Origin: Ministeria vibrans ATCC 50519
Lineage: Eukaryota; Protista; Filasterea
Direction: 5' to 3'
DNA length: 33,455 nt
Assembly: GCA_943704425.1 (NCBI GenBank)
Contig: CALSCP010000445.1
Span: forward strand, 1-33,455
Every line of letters begins with the position of its first letter. Position 1 is the stretch's first letter. The notes beneath the pieces are model-generated. The model saw only the letters and a list, made by a program, of their open reading frames with translations, had not been told where the DNA came from and made no database searches. Below, piece by piece: positions 1-11,600 of this stretch. Both the position numbers and the translations under genes were made by a program.

Positions 1-74
1 CCCCCCCTCTCTCTCGATAACTTTGTTTCTCTATCACTATGTTTTTTTTAAAAAAAAATAAACACTCTTTTTAC

Positions 75-780
75 CTGGACTTGGAAGCGGATGCACACCT
101 GCGCGGCCGTCTTGTTGTGTACCTTGGCAATGGCCAAAATCTTCTCGTCCTCCAGCAGTGTGGGTTCCTCTGAATTGTATATGCGTAGCAAGAGCACAGA
201 GGAGAGTTAGTCAAAATTGGTAAAATACAGGCATGTAGAGACGGGTACTTGGCTGTACATACCTGGCTTGGCCCAGGGGCGGTCAGGCGAGCCCAGGGGC
301 GAGTAGGCCGTCACAATGATGTTCTTGGCTTCGCAGTGGGCAATGAGTTTCTGCTGCGTCAGGTAAGGATGGCTCTCAATCTGCAACACAGCCGGTTTGA
401 TGCGCGCCGCTTCGTACACTTCGTTGATTTGCTGCGAATTAAAATTGCTCAGCCCAATGTGGCGCGTCAGCCCAGCGTCCACAGCCTCCTCCATGACAGG
501 CCAAGTCTCCATGTACGACACGTCCATGTCGTACAACATGTCGCCCGTCTCGTCGCGGGGCATGTTCACTACATTAAAACCCAACCAGATGTTCACTTTT
601 CGAGTTATACATACATCACACACACACACTCTCTCTCTATCACTTTGTCTTTTTTCTCTCTATCACTTTCTCTCTCTCTATCACTTTGTTTCTTTCTCCT
701 TTCTCCTTTCTCTCTCTCTCTCTATCACTTTGTTTCTTTCTCCTTTCTCTCTCTCTCTATCACTTTGTTTCTTTCTCCTT

Positions 781-878
<98 letters not shown>

Positions 879-1480
879 GTATCTATCTATCTATCTATCT
901 CACTCTCTCTCAAACTATCTCCCTCTCCCTCTCTCAAACTCTCTCTCTCTGAAAAACTCTCTCAAAAACTCTCTCTCAAACTCTCTCTCTCTCTCTCAAA
1001 AACTCTCTGAAACTCTCGCTCTCAAACTCTCTCTCTCTCCATCCCTGAAAATACCTTCACCGCGCTGAAAAGCATGAGGCCAGTGGACAAGATAGAGATC
1101 AACGTAGTCCAGCTGAAGCGAGGCGAGGGTCGTCTTGAGCGACGGAATCACGTCTTCTTTGTGATGCTTTGTGTTCCACAATTTGCTGGTGACAAAAAGG
1201 TCTTCGCGCTTCACCACGCCCGCCTGGATGCGATCCGCAATGGCGGCACCCACCTCCGCTTCGTTTCCATAAGCAAATGCACAATCGATGTGGCGGTATC
1301 TGCATCGAGGAGAAGGAGGAGGCGTCAGGACACGCACCAGTGCACTCGCGCCGCCTACCCTGCGTCAATGGCCGCCTTGACCGCAGCCTCAACCTCGCCA
1401 GCCTTTGATTTCCACGTGCCCAGTCCCACATGCGGCATTTTAGCGCCCGTGTACAGCGTAGCGTGTGTTTGGTTGCTCAT
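75..1480 (-). CDS. Aldo-keto reductase (AKR1-like); 3' end lies beyond the left edge. Exons 1480-1359, 1299-1055, 568-263, 169-75
   Basis: Spliced translation gives [63 protein letters not shown] and [10 protein letters not shown]. All introns have GT donors and the three complete ones end in AG with consistent phase. Confidence 0.95.
630..1040. repeat. Compound (TC)n / (TCTA)n microsatellite with TATCACTTTGTTT and CTCTCAAA units in AKR intron 2
   Basis: Directly visible; it produces the spurious SLSLSL ORFs. Confidence 0.95.
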
Positions 1481-1751
1481 TGGGGTGTTTTGATGGCAAG
1501 TGAAAAGCAAATAGAAGGCTGAGAAAAAGAAAAGCTCCTTGAGCATACAAACTGAAAAAATAGTAATGATCAATCAAAGTGATTAGTGAGGATTGAAATT
1601 AGAGAATGGGGCATTATATTTTTTATCATTGGCATAAGGTGACAGGTGTTAAGTCTCTAGAACCTAAGTTTCACAATTCAGGTCGTCTGAAACTCGTCTT
1701 AAAAACGCGTCAATATAATTTGAAACCAAGTTTGCTTGAGAAATAGTGTCT

Positions 1752-3825
1752 TCAATGCCAAAGAGAAAGATCAAAGGCGTCGCCAACAGTCCCATTTCCA
1801 CTGAGAACAAACTCACAGGAGAAGACAGTCGTGTTAGCGTGGCACAGACTAAATCCAGCGAGGGCAATCTGGGCGCCTGTCGCCCACTGAGATGGCACAA
1901 AGTGTTTGTCAAAGCGCTCCTTGTTGCCCCCGGCGCCCGACAGGACGTGAACGGTGCCGGACGGGGCGGCGTAAGTGCCGCTGATGACGCCGTTGTCGGT
2001 AACGGGCATGGTGCGCTCGTAGTGGTGGATGTGCGCCCCAAAGTACAGCGACACTTTGTAGCGCGTAAATAGCGGTTCCAGCTCACGGCGCAAACCCTCT
2101 GCGTACAGCACACAGTCAGATTTTTTCGAGTCCGAGCAGTCTAAAACACAAATACAAAGGTTAACGAAAAATAACACACACGAGGAGGAAACAGTGAAAT
2201 GAAAAATGAACTTGACAAAGAATGATGAAAAAGACTTGCCACACACTCACGTACAGAGAGGACGGTGGCCCATGACAACAATCCAAGGGCGCACTGCACG
2301 GGCGGCAGGGGTAGCAGCCGCAGCAAGGTCGGCCTCGAGCCACTGGTACTGGAGTGAGTCTGGAGTGAACTGGAACGGGTACAAACCTATGTGCCAGAGA
2401 GGTATGTCAGTCAGTCTATTAAACACAAAAATGCACTTTGCAGAGAAAGGGAGGGGTTACCATCGGGGCCCTCAGTGCGAAGGGCAACAAAGTGGACAGG
2501 GCCATTGTTGAAGGAGTAGTAGAGGCGATCAGTGCTGTTGCTTGTCTCGTAGGGCATGTGGAAACGCGCACGGTATGCTGCAAACTCATAGAACCCCTCG
2601 TGGTTGCCAGGCATGGTCATGTACGGCACAAAGCCTGCTGTGGTCGCAAACTTGCGCATGTACTGGTCCCATAGCGGCTGGTAGCCGTCCGCATAGCTAT
2701 AATTGAAAATTGCGATGATTTAAAATTGTGTGTGGGCGCAATGTGTACGTACGAAATGTCGCCAATGTGCGAGACAAAGTCAATCTGCTGCGACTGCGCC
2801 AGCTGTGCCACACGAAAACTTGTCATGTCACCCTGGTCCGATGCGCCAGTGTCACCGTACAGTGCAAAGTTGACTCGCTTAGCTGTACACCCCGTCATAC
2901 GAGTTAGTGCGAGGTCTTACTTGCGCTCAACATTCGTACCGTTTTCTGTGGGACCCCAGAAGTGAGCACCCTGATCCTCAGACCACTGAGCTTTAAACCA
3001 CTGGCCGGGCACGCCAACAGCACCGACGCGGTAGAAATAGCGCTGGCCAGGCGTGAGACCTGTGACCAGCACGTCGTGGAGAGTGCCGACCCAACCGCCG
3101 TGATTGTACGTCGTTTGCGTGCCCGACGCCGACGACGCCCACATGTCCGTCTCCCAGCCATTCTCCACGTCCCACTGTACGGTCGAGTCGGGTGTCTCCT
3201 TGAGCGTGGACCACATGATGCGCAGCTCGCCAGCTCGACCGGTGTACGCAAGATGAATTCCCTCGGGTGTCACAGGGTTGCAACACTCAAAGGTACACAG
3301 TCCGCCGAGGATGCCGCACACAGCACGAGGCGAGTACTTCACCCATACGTACGTGTCGGCGTTCACAATGAGCTGAGCGAAGGAGACGACCGCCTTTTCA
3401 CAGTCGGGCTGGATGGATGACGGCAGAATGGCGCACACTTTGTCGAGAGCCGCAACAATCTGCAAGAGGAGGTCGGCAGTGTGAGTGTGATCTTGCGCGC
3501 GACTTCACGCATGCGGGCAGGCGGTTGCTGCAACGCGTCTCGTGAGAGCAAGTGCGATGATGTTCGACTCGTCTGGCACAAGACCATGCCAATTTCGCCT
3601 CCACCTGCACCCACTCCGATTCCATTTCGCAACCCCCTTCTCAGGACACTGCGTGGCGCGTGGCGCGCAACACCATACCTCGTGTTCGGTTGCGTTCGAA
3701 CGTAAATCCGGCAAAATCTCCGCTGTCGCAGCTTCACATATCGAGCAGAAAATGCCACTCTCCTTGGCAGGGGCGCCACTCACACAAGCCACAAAGGCCA
3801 ACACCAGAGCAAGCTTTCGATACAT
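1752..3825 (-). CDS. Secreted purple acid phosphatase (ACP7-like) with N-terminal saposin-B-like domain. Exons 3825-3679, 3459-2940, 2882-2753, 2696-2461, 2386-2255, 2140-1752
   Basis: Signal peptide MYRKLALVLAFVACVSG; saposin-type Cys pattern; FN3-like PAP N-domain (PEGIHLA...LHDVLVTGLTPGQRYFYRVG); metal-ligand motifs GDTG, GDISY, GNHE, VMGH and AHIH. Five GT-AG introns. Confidence 0.92.
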
Positions 3826-3938
3826 GTTAACAGTAAAAAAAAATTTCAAATAATCAAATAATTAGAAGAATTACTTTTAACGTTTTTTTTTGCACTCGTT
3901 CTCAGTTCATTTTCACCCTCTTCGTTAAAAGGAGGCGA

Positions 3939-6105
3939 TCAGGCAGGGACAACCTCGACCTTCTCGCTGATAAAAACACTCTGGACAACTTCAACGCCCT
4001 CCACATACTCGGGTTCGCGATCTTGTCCGCCGCGCAACGCCATGAGCTTCTCGTGCTCCTCGGCATTGATGGCGTCCACCTTGTCACGGAAAGCCTTGTA
4101 CTCGGCTTGCAGGCGTGCACGACGCTCCTGGACCTCCTGAGAGGCGCTGTTGGACAGAAGCGTATCGAGGCGGTCGTACTTGATGCTCCACTTTTTCAGA
4201 TCCTTCTTGACCTGCTTGCGTGCATCCTCAGCAAGCAGCAGCGCCGGGCGCGGGCGCCATACAAACTGGTAGAACAGATCAAGTGGCTTTCTCAGAATCT
4301 AGGAAATCAATAGAATTTTAGGCAAATTAAGGCAAAAAAATAACAATATGGAAATCTAAATGGAGTGGCTTTTCTGACCTGTTTTCCCGTAAAAGACCAG
4401 ATGAAGTAGCCATTCTCCATTTGTTTGTGCCAGGCACTGACAGACGTCGTAACAAAACGCCCACTAGGGTCCCATGCCACATCAGTGCACATAAAGTGGT
4501 CTACAACACACAGTTGGAGAGAGACAGGAAGAAAAAAGTCAATAAACCCCACGGAAGTGAGAGAGCGGAGGAAGGAGAACCAATGACGAGAGAGGAGAAA
4601 GACCAAAGTGAAAGTGGGAGGAAGGGAAAAGGACAAAGGAGGAAGAACAAAGTGAGGGACAGGAGGAAGAAGAATAAAGTGGGAGAGACACAGAGGAGAG
4701 GGAGAATAAAAGAAATGCGAGAGATGGTTGTTGTGTGCAACGGACCTCCCATAGCGAGTGTGGTCATGTCGGACGTGTCAAAGAACTCGAGCGTGCCGTT
4801 AAGGTTGCCCAGTCCCGCCAGAATGATGTACTGTCCGGCCGGAGACCAGAACAGGGCGTTCACAGCCTTCTTCTCAAGCGTTTCTAATGACATACGTGCG
4901 TGAGTGGGTATGTAATATATTTAATGTATGTATACGACTTACTGCGACAGACAATTTTTCCGAGTTCGTGAGCTTTGGCGGCAGTTTCGACCTTGTAAAA
5001 ACTGACAGAAATCTTGGGGGAGTCGCCATGGATGATCGCGAGCTGGTCGCCATGGGGCTCCCATAGGAACGCCGTGATGGTGTCTGTGCAGAGAAGAAGG
5101 AGTGAGCGCGAATGGAGCTGCGTTTGAATGTTGCGTGATTGTGTGTGCATGAGTGTGTGGGCGTGTGTATATATGTGTGTGTGTGTGCGTGTGCATGAAT
5201 GTGTGCGTGTGCATGAATGTGTGGGCGTGTGTATGTGTGTGTGTGTGTGCATGGGTGTGTGGGCGTGTGTATGAGCTTACCTTTGAGTTCAATGGCTTCG
5301 ACGGGAATGGCCTTTTCGCGGATGCGGAAAATCTCAAAGTTGGTAAAGGTGTTCTTCTTGCTCTTGGTATAACGATCGACCTTGACGCACAGGTAGTCTC
5401 CCTGAGGATGCCAGCGGAAGGCACAGGAGGAGACGTTGACAAGGTTCTTGATGGCGAGCTCTTTCCAGTCGGGCACGTCGGCAATGACAACGCGCGCCGG
5501 CGTGTTAGTGCTCTCGGGCAGCCAGTAGGCCAGGTGTGTGTCGCTGGGGCTCCACTCAAAGTTGCGCACGTCGGCAATCTTGTGTGTCTGGCGCGTCATG
5601 GCAGGAATCGAATACACGTCAATGCCATCCTTTTTGAGCGAGATGCGCGCCAGGTAATTGCCACAGGCAGACCACTTGAACTTGAAGACGGGCCAGGGAT
5701 GCTTCTCGCGCTCGCTGACGTGCTGGAAGGCGCGCAGCTTGCGACCGCTACGCACGTCCCACACCACAATAGCCTTGGGGTCGGCCTTGCTGTCCGTCAC
5801 TTCGGGCGAAAAGGTCATAAGGTAGCGCTCGCATGGCGACCATTCCAGAAGTCGCACGCCAAAGTGCGCAAACTTGTTCAACTGCTGCCATTTCTCGCCG
5901 CCCCAAATCGCCACGCCAAGCTGGTGCACCGTCGCCAGGTACGACCCTCGCGGTGACCACGACAGAAACGACTCTGTCCAGTACTCGCGCACCTCGGCAT
6001 CCTCCGGGTCTGTTACCCCCCCACCGTTCCAGTACACACCCGTTGTAGGTCCATATCGCACGGCAAACTATTGGGTGAGAGCGTATGAGATGTTAGAAAA
6101 AAAGC

Positions 6106-6137
<32 letters not shown>

Positions 6138-7129
6138 AAAAAATAAAATAAATTAATAATACAATAAATTTATTAAGAAAGGGACAAGAGACACGCGCAT
6201 ACAAACACATACACACACACACTGGTAGAAATACAAGAATGGTATGTACCTGATCGCGGTGACGCGAGTCACGGAGCCACTGACGCAAATCGGGACGCGG
6301 CTTGAACTCTGTCAGGTCGACGGGAACGTACTCGTCTGGCACCTGCTGTGAGCGCTCCACGTCATTCAGCGGGTTCACCAACAACGCATGGTTTTTGTCC
6401 AGCTTGAAGCCGTTCATGGCGGCCGCAACAGAATGTGCGCTTGCAGGCTGGAGGTACTCACAAAAGGCAAAGCTACACGAAAACGAGAGATGCACAAGTG
6501 TCAGAGAGTATCACTCAACGAGTCTGTCCAGACTCGATCCGAGACGCACCCCTTAGTCAAGCCCTTGGCGTCAACCGGCATGTGTATCGCGGGCTTGTCT
6601 GCCTTGTCCAGCTCAGGCGTGAATTTCTTCAGCAGAATCCCCTTGAGCTTCTCAATCCTGTCCGGCCCAACTTGCGGAAGGTTGTCCACAACGATGCAGC
6701 ATGGTGCCAGGTCCACCAGCGTCGGCCGATCCCTCAAAATGTCGGCGACTATTTCTGCAGTGGAGTGAGACAACGCGCGTGAAATGGTGAAACATGGAAC
6801 AGAAAAAAAAAAAAAAAANNNNNNNNNNNNNNNNNNNNNNNNNNNNNNNNNNNNNNNNNNNNNNNNNNNNNNNNNNNNNNNNNNNNNNNNNNNNNNNNNN
6901 NNNNNNNNNNNNNNNNNNNNNNNNNNNNNNNNNNNNNNNNNNNNNNNGCCCGTCACACGACTCAGCGCAATCGCGATCCCTCTCAACAGCGCCCACTTGC
7001 ATCCCACCACCCTCAAGAGGGTCGGAGGTGGAGGAATAGAGAAACACGGGAGAGGTGCAGGCGACAAATTTCCAAGAACGACAGCCGCTTAATACCGTCT
7101 TCAGGGCGAATTTCCATTTCGTTCGACAT
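3939..7129 (-). CDS. EIF3B: Translation initiation factor eIF3 subunit B. Exons 7129-7096, 6754-6550, 6472-6250, 6067-5281, 5083-4943, 4883-4746, 4500-4379, 4298-3939
   Basis: RRM (IVVDNLPQVGPDRIEKLK...TKGFAFCEY), beta-propeller (WSPRGSYLAT, GDYLCVKVDRYTKSKK, WDPSGRFVTTSVS) and C-terminal WRPRP...KKDLKK. An N-gap lies in intron 1. Confidence 0.96.
5140..5272. repeat. Compound (TG)n microsatellite in EIF3B intron 4
   Basis: Repeated GTGTGTGCATGAAT and GTGTGGGCGTGTGTAT units; source of the HTHTHT ORFs. Confidence 0.9.
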
Positions 7130-7195
7130 AGTCAAAAAAAAAATGATCAACGAATAACATTTTTTATTTGTCTCGTCAGTCGTTCTCAAACCACA
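7130..7195. promoter_or_regulatory. Putative bidirectional promoter between EIF3B and PSMB7 (66 nt between start codons)
   Basis: Divergent ATGs at 7129 (-) and 7196 (+); AT-rich spacer with CATTTTTT on both strands. Confidence 0.6.
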
Positions 7196-8423
7196 ATGGA
7201 GGTCCAGGTTGTTGATCCGCCTAGGGGAGGCTTTGATTTTGAGCTGTGCGCTCGGTACGTTTTGACTTGGATCGTTGCTCACTTCCCGTCCAAAAAACAC
7301 AACCCGACAGCGACGCACTACGCTGCGACACACATACACACGCCCACACGTCTAGTCGCACGACGATGTTGCTCCTCTTCCATGTGCAACCTTCACCGTG
7401 GTCGGCTTCGCTTTCCTTTCAAAAGAATTGATTCGTGAAGTTTCAAGAAGAACACACAAAAAAAAAAAAAAAAACGAACGGCTCATCCTCTGCCCTTCTC
7501 TGCGTCACGCTGGCGGGCGTCTTTGCTGCAACCGCACATGCACCGTAGTATTCTATTGCTATCCCCACCTACATTGTCGCCTTATTTCCGTTTAGACCGA
7601 CAAAGCAAAGAAAACGAACAAAGCTGACCCTTTTTTATTTAGAAACGAAATGCTCGCCAGCTCGGGAACCAAACTGCCTCGTGCAACAAGCACGGGCACG
7701 ACCATTGTTGGTCTGGTCTGTGACGGAGGCGTGGTGCTCGGTGCGGACACACGCGCTACGAATGGCTCGATTGTTGCCGACAAGAACTGTCGCAAGATTC
7801 ACTACATCGCGCCCAACATTTACTGTTGTGGCGCAGGCACGGCCGCCGACACGGACAAAACCACGGATATGATCTCGTCCCGTCTCGAGCTTCATCGTCT
7901 GCGAACGGGCCGCGAATCGCGCGTCCAAACCTCCTGCCGTATGCTTAAGCAGTACCTCTACCAGTACCAGGGTCACGTTTCGGCTGCCCTTGTTCTCGGC
8001 GGTGTAGACTGCACAGGCCCCAAGCTGTACTCGATCCATCCTCACGGCTCTACCGACAAGCTTCCTTACGTCACCATGGGCTCAGGTTCGCTCGCGGCCA
8101 TGGCCGTCTTCGAGGCACGCTACAAGCCGGGCCTGTCCATTGCGGATGCAAAGGAACTCGTCGCCGACGCAATCCTTGCCGGTGTCTTCAACGATCTCGG
8201 CTCCGGATCAAACGTCGATGTGTGTGTCATCACCAAGGACAACGTTGACTACATTCGCCCCTACAACATCGCCAACGTCCGCCCCGACCGTCATCTTCAG
8301 TACCGCTACCCCAAGGGTTCCGTCGAGGTCATATCCGAGACTGTCACCTACTTTAAGAAGGGCCCGCAAGAGGCCGCTGCCGAAGAAGGCACAGCCGATG
8401 CACCCGTCCCCATGGAATCTTAA
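7196..8423 (+). CDS. PSMB7: 20S proteasome subunit beta-2 (trypsin-like). Exons 7196-7254, 7643-8423
   Basis: Propeptide [14 protein letters not shown], processing site TG|TTIVG, and motifs [40 protein letters not shown]. Confidence 0.97.
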
Positions 8424-8630
8424 TTCTCTCTCCCACTCCCACGCCTATTACCCCCTCCTTCTCCGCCATCAATGTACACCATTTAGAAGAAAAGAAAAAA
8501 ACAATAATAGTAATTGGTCGCTTCATTCATGTAAAAAAAAAAATCATTCTCTCGTCCTCTCTTTCTCTCCCTCAAACGCACGCACACACACACACACATA
8601 CACTCCATCTCTCATCCTTTGCTACGCTTA

Positions 8631-11600
8631 TTATTTCTTAATGCGAGCAAGTCCGTCGATGTCTCGAGGTGCCTCAGTCACAGCAGGTTCAGAAGGCGCC
8701 GCAGTTGCCTGCATGCTCGAAAGACGCGCCGACGACCGACGCTCGCTTGCTTCGCCAAGCAAACTCAAACGTGAGCCTGGCGCACTTCCTGCGCCAAGAG
8801 TCGACGTGCGCGATCCTGCGTAGCTCCACCGTTGTCGTTCGCGCATAGCCCGCTCGTGAGTGCGCAGTTGAGATCGTGCAGCCGCACGCTCCTCAAAGGT
8901 CGCTGCACTTGCCACCTGCTGCTTAAGATACTCCTTCATAGCCGCGTCACTCTCGGGCGTCACCGGTCCATCTGTCGATGGCGGTCCCACCGGCGCCGCA
9001 TCTGATGCTGAAGAAGCCACCCCAGCGTCCGCTGGAGGAGTGGCGGCGGGGACTGTGGCAGAGGCCGTGGCAGCGGTCAGTGCATCACCGTCAAGCACAC
9101 TCGATGCGCGTCGCGCTGCGCGTGCTTCGTGTCGATTGGCCGCATTCATAATGCCCTGCAAACGCGCATCCATGTTCGCTGCCTCAGAGGGTGTCGCTGA
9201 CGCCACAACTTCAGCTTCAGCAGCATTGACGGATTCAGTCGAAGGTGTTTCAGTTGTCGTGGCCTTCTCAGCAGCCTCGGCGTCAGAAGCGGCAGCTGCA
9301 GCATCCGCCTTGACCTGTGCCTCAGCATCAGCCTTGGCCTGTGCCTCAGCATCCGCCCCCGCCACCTTGTTGACCTGTTGCTCAACAGATAAATTGACCT
9401 GGGCCTCAGTAGTCACATTGGCCTCAATCGCCTGCGCCTCAACTTCGGAACCACTGGAGGCAGGCTCGGTCGCGGTGATTGGCACTGGGGCACTCTCAGC
9501 AGCTGAAGTCCCATCGTCAGACGTCGTCGAGGGCGCGCCCGCCTGGAGACCGGCAAGGAAGGCCTTTCGCTCCGACTCAGCCTTCGCCTTCTTCAAGCGA
9601 CGCTGCTCGCGACGCTGCTCCAACTCAGTTAGCTGCGAGCTCACCGTGGTCTTGGGCTCGGTGGGTGCTGCAACAACCGGCGCTGCAACGGGCTCCGCCG
9701 CGGGGGTAGAAGGATTAACAGAAGAAGAAACGGTAGTACCAGAAACAGCAGCAGAGGTGGCGGGAGGCGACGAAGGTAGAAGTTGAGCAGAGGTATCCAG
9801 GGAGGAACGGCGATCGCGTTGGAGTGCCTGTAGTTTGCGAACACGCTGCAACTCATCGCGTTTCTCTTGCTCCACTGCCCGCTCTGCCTCTAGACGCGCC
9901 TCCTCCGCACGAGCCGCCTGCTCCTCAGCCAGTCGCTGCTGCTCCTCAGCAGCGCGAGTCGCGGCCTCTCCTTCGGCCGCTTGCTTCTCTTCGCGCGCTC
10001 GCTCCACCGCCTCGAGTGCCTGTCGAGCTGCCCCTTGTTCGCGCGCAACACGTTCCGCCTCAATCTCCTCCGCCTCGCGCGCCTGTCGTTCCTTCTCCTC
10101 GGTAGCCTGTCGCTGCAGCTGCATCAAACGCTCCCGACGCGCCTCCGCCTCGGCCTCGCGTCGCTGAATTTCCGCCTCGGCAGCCCGAGCACGCTCAGCA
10201 CGAATGCGCATCTCTTCTGCGCGCGAACGCTGCGCAATCGCTTCTCGCTCGCGTTTGAGTCGCTCCTGCTCGAAGACCTCCGCCTCCGCCTCTTCAATCA
10301 AGCGCTGACGTTCCCGCTCGGCCGCCGCCTCACGCTCGCGTTCTTCGCGCTCCGCTCGTTCAGCCGCCTTACGAATGCGCTCCGCCGCCTTGAGCTGCAA
10401 TTCGTTGCGCTCAAGATCGGCGCGCTCCTGTTCCTGTCGCAACTTCATGGCACCCTCCGTCTCGCGCTTGGGACCACGCGACAGCGAATCGCTGCGTGGT
10501 CGCGTAAACGAGTCACTGCGAGGCCGCGAGAAGGAGTCGCGGCGCTCAAAAGAGAGCGAATCGGCGGCGGCAAAGGCCGGAAACGAGCCGGAAAGGGCCG
10601 GCGACATTTGCGGCGAGATCGAGCTCGTGCTCGACTCGTACAGGTCGCGCTGGGCCGCCACACGATGTGCCATTTGCGCCGCCTCCTGAGCATCCCGCTC
10701 TGCTCGCTTCTGCTCCTCAACCAGCTGCTGCTCGCGCTCGTGCGCCTTGCGAGCTCGCTCCGCCACCTTTCGTTCCATCTCCTGTCGCTCGTACTCAATG
10801 CGCTCCTTCTCCTCCTGCATCTTGCGCAACATCTCCGTCTGTCGTGGTCCTGACTTGGGGCTTGCCGGACCACGCACAACCGGTGGTGGGCTTGCAGTGG
10901 GCACATCTTGTTGTTGTTGCTGATGCACTTGTTGTTCCTGCTGTTGCTGACTCCGACGGGCACGCATTGCCTCGGCCTTTGCCTCAAGCTCCTGTCGTTC
11001 GTGAGCCTCTTGATCGGCACGGAACCTGGCCGTTTCCGCTTCGCGCAACTGACGCTCGCGTGCAGACGCAGCGGCAGCCACATCAGCACGTTTACGTTCC
11101 TCCTGATCACGACGAGCCATCTCCTGGTGTACTTTCTCTTCCTCTTCCGCCTTTCGACGACGATCCGCCTCCGCACGCGCTCGTGACGCCTTCTTCATCT
11201 CCTCCTCACGCTGTGCCTTGACACGAATCGCATCCAGGCGGCGTTCCTCCTCAAGACGTTCCTTCTCCTTGTGTTCAATCTCGAGACGCACCCGCTCGAG
11301 ACGCTCCTTCTCCTTGCGATCAGCCTCGCGCAATCGCGACTCCTCCAATTGACGTTCGCGCTCCAGCTCGGCCAGACGTAGCTGCTCCTTAAGTCGCTCT
11401 GCCGCACGTCGCTCGTTTTCCAGACGCAGTCGCTCGGTCTCCTCGGCCTTGCGCGACGCCTCAGCACGCGCCTCGTCTGCCTCGCGTCGCTCGCGCTCGA
11501 TGCGTTCACGCTCCAACTGCTCTTGACGTTCGCGTTCGCGTGCAGCTCGCTCCGCTGCCTTGCGTGCGCGGTCCGCAGTGAATCGTTGAAACTCGCTACG

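Noticed and set aside
249-1068. Long ORFs rich in SLSLSL, ERERER or HTHTHT (also 4884-5577 and 27985-28594)
   Set aside because: They are translations of intronic microsatellites, partly antisense to real genes.
2883-2939. Possible GC donor (C|GCAAGT) in the phosphatase gene
   Set aside because: An upstream canonical G|GTACGA donor gives the same phase and a typical 57-nt intron with an ACTAAC branch site.
3826-3900. Spliced-leader trans-splicing suggested by T-tracts before start codons
   Set aside because: No consistent AG acceptor lies between the T-tract and the ATG (none in the phosphatase, EIF3B or CCDC186).
6819-6947. N-runs (also 14023-14032, 20631-20640, 28283-28370)
   Set aside because: They are assembly gaps next to homopolymers or microsatellites inside introns, not biological features.
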